Shown one piece after another: positions 1 through 7,654 of a stretch of DNA of 64,000 nucleotides. This stretch comes from an uncultured Oscillospiraceae bacterium (GTDB lineage: Bacteria > Bacillota > Clostridia > Oscillospirales > QAMX01): positions 18,796 to 82,795 of the forward strand of contig CAZEUG010000006.1 of assembly GCA_964515055.1 (NCBI GenBank), written 5' to 3'. The notes under the pieces are model-generated. The model ran no database searches, had not been told where the DNA came from, and saw only the letters and a list, made by a program, of their open reading frames with translations. A program made the position numbers and the translations under genes. Each line of letters starts with the position of its first letter. Position 1 is the stretch's first letter.

Positions 1-666
1 TTTGCCGTCAAACGAACGGGTTTCCAGCGCTGCGCCTTTTTCCTTGTAGTTGGAGGAGGTATCCAGCATTCCGTTGACGGAGAATGTACCGCCGGCGTTG
101 ACGATATGGACACTGGTCAGCGGCATATGGACTTCTTCGCCCGGAAGGATGTTCAGGTAAAGCGGTGTATTTGCATACGCCTTCTGCGCTTCCAGCGACG
201 GATAGTAGCGTTGGTGATCAGTGATGACCAGGAAGTCATAGCCGAGCTTCCGGTAATTCGCGCAGACGGTGGCCGGGTCTTCATGTCCGTCGGAGCGGCA
301 GGTATGCATATGCAGGTCGCCGCGGAGCGGAATCCGGCAGGCCAGATCGGGATCCAGCGCATACACGGACAGCTGGAACAGGCGGCGTTCTTCGCCCGGA
401 CGTAAGACGCGGACGAAATACTCACACTCGGCCGGTGCGGTAAACTGAATGCGAAGGGTGTTATCGTCTCCGGCGGTGACGGTGTATTCGGTGCCGTTTT
501 GACCAACATAGCCACGGGACGTATCTGCATCGAGGCGCAGAACGACAATTCTGTATTCACCGGAAAATTTGGCGTGTTCGCCCAGGCCACGGATGGTAAT
601 CTCGACAGAGCGGCCAACCGGGAAGACCTTCGGATAAATATCATAGTTGTAGAGCAGTTGATTCAT
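1..666 (-). CDS. PHP-domain metal-dependent phosphoesterase, C-terminal part cut by the window edge
   Basis: This frame is missing from the ORF track because it runs off position 1. ATG at 666 lies 9 nt after AAAGGAGA. My translation MNQLLYNYDIYPKVFPVG...RIPLRGDLHMHTCRSDGHEDP...DFLVITDHQRYYP shows H-x-H, D-G-H and D-H motifs typical of PHP domains. Confidence 0.6.
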   Translation of the reverse strand, partial: MNQLLYNYDIYPKVFPVGRSVEITIRGLGEHAKFSGEYRIVVLRLDADTSRGYVGQNGTEYTVTAGDDNTLRIQFTAPAECEYFVRVLRPGEERRLFQLSVYALDPDLACRIPLRGDLHMHTCRSDGHEDPATVCANYRKLGYDFLVITDHQRYYPSLEAQKAYANTPLYLNILPGEEVHMPLTSVHIVNAGGTFSVNGMLDTSSNYKEKGAALETRSFDGK

Positions 667-833
667 CGAAACAAATCTCCTTTTTCATTTTGAAAGTTGG
701 AAAGATACTGCCTGATACACCTACATATTATACAGGCTTCCCCTTGATTTGTCAAGCAAACATTTTGAATTCTATGCGACTGTTTTGGAAAGCTCCTGCC
801 CATTTTCGGAATGAGCAGGAGCTTTTTTTGGCG

Positions 834-3008
834 CTATGCGTTCAGTTTGCTGGTCTGTTTCTGTGCCATCACCAGCTGATAATAAATTCCCTTCTGCTCC
901 AGCAGTTCCTTATGGGTTCCAACCTCTGCGATGCGACCTTTTTCGATCACGACCAGGCGGTCTGCGTGGCGAAGTGTAGACAGGCGGTGTGCGATCGCGA
1001 TGGTGGTACGGTTCTTGACGAGGCGACCCAGCGCCTCCTGAATTTTGCTCTCCGTTTCCGGATCCAGTGCGCTGGTGGCCTCATCGAGAATCAGAATCTT
1101 CGGATTCCGCAGCACGGCGCGTGCAATCGCCACGCGCTGGCGTTCACCCCCGGAAAGCGTATGGCCGTTTTCGCCGAGCAGTGTGTCATAGCCGTCCTTG
1201 AGCTTCATGATGAAGTCGTGTGCGTTGGCAATTTTGGCGGCGGCTACGACCTCCTCCAGTGTGGCATCCGGTTTCGCATAGCGAATGTTGTCATAGACAC
1301 TCGCAGCAAAAAGCAGCGTCTCCTGAAAGACAACGCCGATGTTTTCATGCAGCGTTTTCTGACTGATCTCCCGCAGATTCACGCCGTCAAGGCAGATGGT
1401 GCCTTCATTCGGGTCATACAGGCGCATCACCAGATTGATGAAGGTGGATTTGCCCGCGCCGGAGTGTCCGACCAAGCCGATCATTTCGCCCGGTTTGATT
1501 TCCAGTGAGATGTTTTTCAGGACAGGCTCATAGGAACGGTAGCCGAATTTCACGTTTTCAAACGTCAGGCCGCCGACCGGCTGCAGTGCAACTGGCTCCT
1601 TCACGTCGTCAATCTCCGGTTTTTCATCGAAGATTTCAAACAGCTTGACCAGGCTGGTGATCAGCTGCGCCAATCGGCGCGGCAGGGATGTCATCCAGCG
1701 GAGTGGCTGGTAAATAAAACTCAGGTACAGGTTGAACTGAATCAGCGCGCCGAGCGTCATGCGACCTTCCAGTACCAGTCGGCCACCAAACAACAGCACC
1801 AGGAATTCTCCGATGCCCACGCAAAAGCTGAGCGGCTGGAAGAGCAGCGCCCAGGTGCGTTCATTGCTGGCAGAGACGCGTGCATAGCGCTCCCTTGCGG
1901 TGCGGAATTTTTCGATTTCCCGTTTCTCGTTTCCGAAGGTTTTCACCACACGGATACCCTTGATGATATCGTGCAGAATGGAGGTGGCGCGGGAGTTGCA
2001 GCGCCACTGCTTATCGTACCGGCTGTGCATATATCGGTAAAATCCGCGCATACACAGCACGACGAAGGGTATCGGCAGAAAAACAAGGAGCGTCAGGAAC
2101 GGGTTGGTCAGCAGCAGCACCACTGTGATGATGATCATCATCAGCGACTGTTCGATCAGATATCTGCCCTGATCGGTCAGGAATTGCTGCACAACATCGG
2201 TATCCGACGTAATTCGCGTCATGAGATCCCCGCTCGTTTTTCTGGACATGGAGGAAAGCGATAATCGCTGCACCTTGTCATAGGCCTGCTTGCGGAGATC
2301 ATCCGAAAAGCGGCTGCCGACGCGGTTGATCATGCGGTTGGAGAGAATGTAAATCCCCTCGCCGATGGCGCGTGTCGCGATCATCAGTGCGCCAATCACC
2401 AGAACGCCGGTGACAGGGTTCGAGAAAAACGCATGGGTGGAAGCATCCGGTGCCAGATAGTGGTCTGTCAGGAGGCGGTTCAGGTAGGGATAGCAGGCGA
2501 ACAGCACGTTCGACAGTGTCAAAATCAGCGAGGAGAGAATCATCGCCTTCAGATGGGGGCGCATCAGCTTCAGGAAGCGGCGCCAGACATAGGATTTATC
2601 CACGCAGAAGATGCAGATATCCATCCCCTTTGCAAGCGGGCGTCCGCAGGTTTCGCAGTGATGCTTTTCCAGGTGAACAACGCGGCTCTCCCGGCCGGTT
2701 TCGAGGTAATAATTGACGACCTTGCAGAGTTCGGCCATATCATCGACGGCGGACATTGTGAAGCGACAAACGCGTAGGTTTTCGCTTTCGTCCTGTGGGT
2801 TCAGGACGAGTTCCAGCGTGCCGCAGCCGATATCGGTCAGCTGTTTCAGTTCAGCTGCGCCGTCCACGCTGTGGGAAAAGATTTCCCGGCTGTCAATGGT
2901 CGCAGTCAGCTTGCCGTCTGCGAATGACAGGTGCCCGTGGCATGGCTTTCCGTCCGGTGACAAGTCAAAGGCAATCACATTCGTCTCAACAGAAGAGACA
3001 GGCTGCAT
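834..3008 (-). CDS. ABC exporter half-transporter (TMD-NBD) with ~150-aa N-terminal extension ending in a zinc ribbon
   Basis: Walker A GHSGAGKST, signature LSGGERQR, Walker B ILILDEATSALD, six-helix TMD. N-terminus carries CETC-x10-CIFC just before TM1. RBS AAAGGGTGA precedes ATG 3008. Confidence 0.85.
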   Translation of the reverse strand: MQPVSSVETNVIAFDLSPDGKPCHGHLSFADGKLTATIDSREIFSHSVDGAAELKQLTDIGCGTLELVLNPQDESENLRVCRFTMSAVDDMAELCKVVNYYLETGRESRVVHLEKHHCETCGRPLAKGMDICIFCVDKSYVWRRFLKLMRPHLKAMILSSLILTLSNVLFACYPYLNRLLTDHYLAPDASTHAFFSNPVTGVLVIGALMIATRAIGEGIYILSNRMINRVGSRFSDDLRKQAYDKVQRLSLSSMSRKTSGDLMTRITSDTDVVQQFLTDQGRYLIEQSLMMIIITVVLLLTNPFLTLLVFLPIPFVVLCMRGFYRYMHSRYDKQWRCNSRATSILHDIIKGIRVVKTFGNEKREIEKFRTARERYARVSASNERTWALLFQPLSFCVGIGEFLVLLFGGRLVLEGRMTLGALIQFNLYLSFIYQPLRWMTSLPRRLAQLITSLVKLFEIFDEKPEIDDVKEPVALQPVGGLTFENVKFGYRSYEPVLKNISLEIKPGEMIGLVGHSGAGKSTFINLVMRLYDPNEGTICLDGVNLREISQKTLHENIGVVFQETLLFAASVYDNIRYAKPDATLEEVVAAAKIANAHDFIMKLKDGYDTLLGENGHTLSGGERQRVAIARAVLRNPKILILDEATSALDPETESKIQEALGRLVKNRTTIAIAHRLSTLRHADRLVVIEKGRIAEVGTHKELLEQKGIYYQLVMAQKQTSKLNA

Positions 3009-3042
3009 GGCAAATCACCCTTTCTTTTTCCATGTTTCAGAT

Positions 3043-3573
3043 TTAGTAGAGATACGGTTCAATTCGGCGGCGGCTCTTGCTGTCGATGCTCCAGACATCC
3101 TCGATCAGGTAGCGGTTCCCGTCCACATCGGTCAGGATAATGCGCTTTTCATCCAGCATTTTGATGCTCTTGGACAGGTCCTTCACAGCGAAAATCTTGG
3201 CATAGCTTCCGATTTTGACATCGAAATAGAAATAGCCCATTTTTTCCTTGATGGACAGAATTTCCGTGACCGCCGGACAATAATACCGTTGATCAAGCTC
3301 ATTGCGAACAAGTGTCGCCTGTTCCTCCGGCAGCTCTGCCGTATCGCGCAGAATGCCCAGCTCGTGATTTTCCAGATCGGACACCGAGATATGGCAGTAG
3401 GGCTCCGAAAACGGCAGAATTCGCGAAAGTTTCACGCGTTTATGGTCGGTCTCCCCTGCTTTCAGGCAGAGAAAGCCATTTGCATTTTGATAAAACGTCA
3501 GCGTTGACGCATCGAACAGTCCGATGTCGAAGGTCTGATCAGCGCCGACTGGTTCCAGTTGGGTTTGTGACAT
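3043..3573 (-). CDS. DUF1854-like soluble protein sandwiched between the two ABC genes
   Basis: 176 aa starting MSQTQLEPVG at ATG 3573 (GGAG about 10 nt upstream). Gaps to the flanking ABC genes are 19 and 34 nt. Family call is from my memory of the conserved ABC-DUF1854-ABC arrangement, not from a search. Confidence 0.55.
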   Translation of the reverse strand: MSQTQLEPVGADQTFDIGLFDASTLTFYQNANGFLCLKAGETDHKRVKLSRILPFSEPYCHISVSDLENHELGILRDTAELPEEQATLVRNELDQRYYCPAVTEILSIKEKMGYFYFDVKIGSYAKIFAVKDLSKSIKMLDEKRIILTDVDGNRYLIEDVWSIDSKSRRRIEPYLY

Positions 3574-3592
3574 GGCAATACAGACTCCTTTT

Positions 3593-5884
3593 TTAATCCT
3601 GACCGATGCCGACATGTTTCAGCGCTTCTGCCTGGATTTGATACAGCTTGTAATATTCGCCTTTTTTGCGCATCAACTCCTGATAGCTGCCGTATTCGAC
3701 AACGGTTCCGTCTTCGATGACGGCAAGCATATCAGCGTCCCGCAGCGTGGACAGGCGGTGTGCGATGGCGATGGTCGTGCGGCCGGTTTTCAGGCGGGTC
3801 AGCGATTCCTGAATGCGGCGTTCTGTCTCCGTATCCATGGCAGCAGTCGCTTCATCGAGAATCAGGATTTTGGGATTTTGGATGATGGTTCTTGCGATGG
3901 AAATCCGCTGTCTTTCACCGCCGGACAAGTCCTGTCCGCCGGAGCCGACACGTGTCTCATAGCCATTGGGCAGCTTCATAATGAAGTCATGTGCGCTGGC
4001 CGCTTTGGCTGCTGCGACCACCTCTTCAATCGATGCATCCGGTTTGGCATAGCGGATATTGTCGGCGATAGTGCCCATAAAGAGGTAAATATCCTGTGAA
4101 ACCATCCCGATATTCTGGCGCAGCTGCTTCAGGGACAGCTCGCGGACGTCTACACCGTCGATGGCGATGGCACCGGCCTTTGCATCGTACAGGCGGGCGA
4201 TCAGGCTTGCGATCGTCGTTTTGCCTGCGCCGGTCTTGCCGACAATGCCGAGCATGGTGCCCGCTTCGATGTTCAGGTTCAGTTTTTTTATCACCGGTCT
4301 GGCCGGTTCGTATTCAAATTCCAGTTCCCGGATTGTCACGGCACCGCGGAAGTTGTCCAGGACAACCGGATGTTCGGCTTCAACGATATCGGGGTCGGTA
4401 TCGATGATCTCAAACACGCGTTGCGCCGAGTCCACGCACCGCGCCCAGCCATTGGAAATCCAGGAGAGAAAATCGAGTGGCGAATGCAGCATATCCAGGT
4501 AGATCGTGAAGGTCAGCAGTGTGCCGAGGCTCATTTTCCCTCGAACCACCATCACGCCGCCAATGGCAACAATCAATGTGGTAGCGATATACACCATCAG
4601 CTCGATCAGCGGATAGACCGTCGATGAGGCGTTGTTCAGCTTCAGCTCGGCCTGCATCAGCTTGCCGCTGGCCTTTGAAAAGCGATCCAGCTCTTCATCC
4701 TCGCGGGCAAACGCCTTGATGACACGTTGGCCGTTGATGTTATCGCTGACCATACTGCTCAAATTGGCATTGTACGTCCAGCGCTGATGGTGCAGGCGGT
4801 GCCAGATGTGGTCTGCCAGTCGGAATACCAGAAAAACAACCGGCAGAGAAACAATGGCGATCAGCGTCAGCTGCCAGTTCATCAGAGCCATCATGACGAG
4901 AACACCGATCATGGTAACGATGTCGATCAGGCATTCCGGCATTGCCTCCACAAAGAACCAGTAGATGTTATTGGAATCGCGTGTGACGCGTTCCATCAAT
5001 GATCCGGTCTGTTTGGAGGAATAGAAGCTGACGCCAAGGCGCTGCATGGTGGTGAAGATTTTCAGCATGATGTCATGAATCACCCACGGCATGATGCCGC
5101 CGAGAATCCACTGGTAGGCCATGGTGAACAGCATATTGAACAGTCGGATACCGGCGATCACCAGCACCATATAGCCAAGCGAAACCATCAGCTTTGGAAT
5201 CGGCGTCAGGTTATCAGGGTTCAGAACCTGGTCATACAGCGTTTTCGTTGAAATCTGAGGGGTGAGCAGTGTAATGGCAGAGCCGACCAGCATGGCCAGG
5301 ACAATGATGCCGACCTGCTTTTTGTAGCCGCCGAAGAACGAAAATAGCCGTTTGATGGTCGAATGACGATCCATGCATTTTGGGCAGATTTTGCGTTCCG
5401 GATCAGGATATCTCCGGCCGCATTTCGGGCAAAAAGGCGTTTCATGGAACGTTTGCCGGACGGTTTCCAGGTTGCCGCCCTCCTTGACCGTATTGAACGC
5501 TGTAATGAAATCGGCAAAATCAGTATGCAAACCAATGGAAAAACGCGTGACAATTTCATCTTCTCCGTCTTTTTCGGCGATCAGGTAAGCGGTTGAAACG
5601 TTTTTTTCAATTTTCAGCCGATCGATGTCTGCGGCTGGAATGGTTTTCAGCGCATCCAGGCGATACTGGACATCCAGTCTGCGTTTTCCTTTGACGAACT
5701 GTTCCTCGCCGAACGCGAGATACAGTCCCATCCGGTCAAAAGCCATCCAGCAGTTGGTATATGCGCCGTCTGCATCCATATCACCGGTGACAGCATACAG
5801 GAAGCCGCCCGTCTGAATGCCGTTTGTTTCCATCAGCTTCAGAACTTCAGACGGGAGCTTGCCGCTTTGCTGTGGTTTGTTCAT
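3593..5884 (-). CDS. ABC exporter half-transporter (TMD-NBD) with ~185-aa N-terminal extension ending in a zinc ribbon
   Basis: Walker A GKTGAGKTT, signature LSGGERQR, Walker B ILILDEATAAMD. N-terminus carries CPKC-x11-CPKC before TM1. RBS GAAAGGAA precedes ATG 5884. Confidence 0.85.
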   Translation of the reverse strand: MNKPQQSGKLPSEVLKLMETNGIQTGGFLYAVTGDMDADGAYTNCWMAFDRMGLYLAFGEEQFVKGKRRLDVQYRLDALKTIPAADIDRLKIEKNVSTAYLIAEKDGEDEIVTRFSIGLHTDFADFITAFNTVKEGGNLETVRQTFHETPFCPKCGRRYPDPERKICPKCMDRHSTIKRLFSFFGGYKKQVGIIVLAMLVGSAITLLTPQISTKTLYDQVLNPDNLTPIPKLMVSLGYMVLVIAGIRLFNMLFTMAYQWILGGIMPWVIHDIMLKIFTTMQRLGVSFYSSKQTGSLMERVTRDSNNIYWFFVEAMPECLIDIVTMIGVLVMMALMNWQLTLIAIVSLPVVFLVFRLADHIWHRLHHQRWTYNANLSSMVSDNINGQRVIKAFAREDEELDRFSKASGKLMQAELKLNNASSTVYPLIELMVYIATTLIVAIGGVMVVRGKMSLGTLLTFTIYLDMLHSPLDFLSWISNGWARCVDSAQRVFEIIDTDPDIVEAEHPVVLDNFRGAVTIRELEFEYEPARPVIKKLNLNIEAGTMLGIVGKTGAGKTTIASLIARLYDAKAGAIAIDGVDVRELSLKQLRQNIGMVSQDIYLFMGTIADNIRYAKPDASIEEVVAAAKAASAHDFIMKLPNGYETRVGSGGQDLSGGERQRISIARTIIQNPKILILDEATAAMDTETERRIQESLTRLKTGRTTIAIAHRLSTLRDADMLAVIEDGTVVEYGSYQELMRKKGEYYKLYQIQAEALKHVGIGQD

Positions 5885-5963
5885 AAATGAAACCGTTCCT
5901 TTCTATCAAATTCTGTTGTTTCGGATCCTGCGCTGCAAGTCTGACCGTTTGATCGTGCGGAGC

Positions 5964-5992
5964 CAATAAAAAAACGGCCGCCGCAGCGACCG
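5964..5992 (-). terminator. Intrinsic terminator of the small-peptide transcription unit
   Basis: Minus strand reads ACGGUCGC-UGCG-GCGGCCGU (8-bp stem) followed by UUUUUUUAUU, 18 nt after the peptide stop codon. Confidence 0.65.
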
Positions 5993-6009
5993 TTCAAAAA
6001 TGCACATAA

Positions 6010-6159
6010 TTAGTCAAGGACAGCCACGCAGGCACCCCGCGATGATACACAGGGCAAATTATATTCAGTTTTGGACACACTTCTGCCTTCCTGATTTGCA
6101 GCAGCAAAAAGACCGTTCAGCACGGAGCAGGCGGAAGCAACATTCGCGAACAGGATCAT
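6010..6159 (-). CDS. 49-aa hydrophobic, Cys-containing small protein of unknown function
   Basis: MILFANVASACSVLNGLFAAANQEGRSVSKTEYNLPCVSSRGACVAVLD. ATG 6159 lies 6 nt after GAGGTG. It has its own consensus-like promoter upstream and a terminator downstream. No family recognised. Confidence 0.45.
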   Translation of the reverse strand: MILFANVASACSVLNGLFAAANQEGRSVSKTEYNLPCVSSRGACVAVLD

Positions 6160-6212
6160 CGGTGGCACCTCACTTTCTATCATCAAAATCATACGATCAT
6201 TCGTATGGATTT

Positions 6213-6241
6213 AGTATACCATAGCTCCCTGTTTTTGTCAA
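6213..6241 (-). promoter_or_regulatory. Sigma-A type promoter for the small-peptide gene
   Basis: Minus strand reads TTGACA (6241-6236), a 17-nt spacer ending TATGG (TRTG-type extended -10), then TATACT (6218-6213). Confidence 0.6.
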
Positions 6242-6613
6242 GCCCTAATTGGATTTTTTGTCATTTTTTCGAAAAACGTCCAGAAAGGATGGGAGATGCT
6301 CGGCGATGATGAATGCGGATGTTGTTCCGTTCGTGTTCATCCATATCCATAAGGCATGCCTGACTGATTGCCCGGCGGAGCCAGATACAAAAAAAGCAAC
6401 CGCCCCATTTCACGCTGTCATATGGTTCGAACGACCAGCCCAAGGGAGCAAAAATCCCGCACATGGCGGGACAAGGATTCCTGTCGGATGGAAGAATCAC
6501 CGGATTCCAGACAACAGGAAATCCATTTTCGTGAACCGTGTCGATGTCAAGGGTTACAAATGTCATCGGCTATCTGAGTCCGAAGGGATATACCCATGAT
6601 ACCGAAACCCTAT

Positions 6614-6723
6614 GGGTAGAGTGGGTAGAGTAAATCAATGTTTTCTGTAAAGTGTTTTATAAGAAAAAGAATACAATAAGAGAGTTTATGGGAAAATACG
6701 GTTTTTCTCTACCCACTCTACCC
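6614..6723. repeat. Perfect 17-bp inverted repeat around a 76-bp AT-rich core
   Basis: GGGTAGAGTGGGTAGAG at 6614-6630 and its exact reverse complement CTCTACCCACTCTACCC at 6707-6723. Each arm is itself a GGGTAGAG doublet. The core is much more AT-rich than its surroundings. Confidence 0.8.
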
Positions 6724-6780
6724 AACAAAACAAAGCACCGGGCAGAGCTTTTGACTCTACTCGGTGTTTTGTCGTTTGTC
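6722..6780 (-). terminator. Probable ssrA terminator, with U/A tracts on both sides (bidirectional-looking)
   Basis: Imperfect 13-bp stem (6735-6747 with 6755-6767), U-rich on both sides, about 60 nt past the tmRNA CCA end. Confidence 0.5.
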
Positions 6781-6826
6781 CGAACAGTATTCCTATGAAG
6801 AATGGTGTGTTCGGATTATACTCTAA

Positions 6827-7174
6827 TGGTGGAGGCGACGGGAGTCGAACCCGTGTCCGAGAGGGCTTTACGAAAGCTTTCTCCGGGCGCAGTCTGTCAA
6901 TTCAGTTTCCCGCATCCGAACGGCGGCAGACAGCCTTTCGGATTTGGTAGCTTCATTTTACACAGCATGGGCAAAGCTTACCATGCATGCGTTCACCACA
7001 AAAATGACGCCCGTTCCGAAGCCGTGGTCCTCTTCGGGCGGACGGCCGCCTATTTAGGCAGCGAGTGCGTAATCTTCGTTATTTAATTTATAACGTTTTG
7101 CAGCTTTTATAGAGACGCCGCACCTCTGCCCGCTTACCGGCGCACAACCTCCCCGTCGAAACCGGTACGCCCCC
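6827..7174 (-). ncRNA. ssrA: tmRNA (transfer-messenger RNA)
   Basis: 5' end GGGGGCGTACCGGTTTCGACGGGG. 3' end GGACACGGGTTCGACTCCCGTCGCCTCCACCA. The acceptor stem has the G3-U wobble. The internal tag frame ends ...AACGAAGATTACGCACTCGCTGCCTAA (..NEDYALAA-stop). Confidence 0.93.
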
Positions 7175-7188
7175 ATGTGATCTCTGGT

Positions 7189-7217
7189 ATTATATCACGA
7201 ATCGGTCCATCTGTCAA
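7189..7217 (-). promoter_or_regulatory. Consensus sigma-A promoter of ssrA
   Basis: Minus strand reads TTGACA (7217-7212), 17 nt, TATAAT (7194-7189). The -10 ends 14 nt upstream of the mature tmRNA 5' end. Confidence 0.8.
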
Positions 7218-7310
7218 GAACCGGGTTTTGTCAGAAAGTGGCGAAGATTGGTGACTTGTTGCAGACGGGTAGGTGTCGAACGTAAAAGCAACGATTCGTT
7301 GCAGGCGGTC

Positions 7311-7565
7311 CGGGGGGGCGATGGTTGGGGCGGGTATTGTTGTGGGGGGCTGGTGAGGCGGTTGGGGTGGGTATTGCGGTGGTGGAGGGACTGGTGAGGC
7401 GGGGTTCGGGTGGAGTATTGAGGTTGGGTGGAGACTGGGCAGGAAATACGGGTAATGTGCAAACGAGGTTTGGGTGTGCGTGCTGGCTGGCAGGGCGAGT
7501 ATGTGATATTCTGTCTCGGGTGGATGGATGTAGAACGGGTATGCAGCATTGGGCAGGTATGCGGA
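7311..7565. repeat. Degenerate tandem repeat array (about 6 units of 37-46 bp), G/T-rich on the + strand
   Basis: The core GRGTAWTG recurs at 7332, 7369, 7413, 7450, 7496 and 7537. CTGGTGAGGCGG occurs at 7350 and 7391. C is about one base in ten on the + strand over 7311-7470. Confidence 0.6.
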
Positions 7566-7567
7566 CG

Positions 7568-7595
7568 CCCCGGGGTGTGCCTGCACACCCCGGGG
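7568..7595 (-). terminator. GC-rich palindromic hairpin downstream of rpoC, with no U-tract
   Basis: CCCCGGGGTGTGC/GCACACCCCGGGG palindrome about 60 nt after the rpoC stop. Neither strand has a U-run after it, so function as an intrinsic terminator is uncertain. Confidence 0.35.
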
Positions 7596-7654
7596 CTGTT
7601 CATTACGGTATTTGTTTCGACCAAGGATTTTTGAATCCCGGCAATCCGCCTGGA

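Noticed and set aside
6249-6599. The mutually overlapping ORFs 6249..6599 (+) and 6261..6566 (-) as annotated genes.
   Set aside because: I cannot decide between the strands. Neither has a convincing RBS or a recognisable motif. They are reported only as an observation, not as features.
7311-7565. The possibility that the repeat array is a CRISPR array.
   Set aside because: The units are degenerate and contiguous, with no alternating conserved repeat and unique spacer structure. No cas genes are present in the window.
7134-7624. Two proline-rich minus-strand ORFs (150 and 136 aa) across the rpoC-ssrA spacer.
   Set aside because: They are a by-product of the C-rich strand composition of the repeat array. 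They run through the ssrA promoter and into the tmRNA 5' end and have no RBS.
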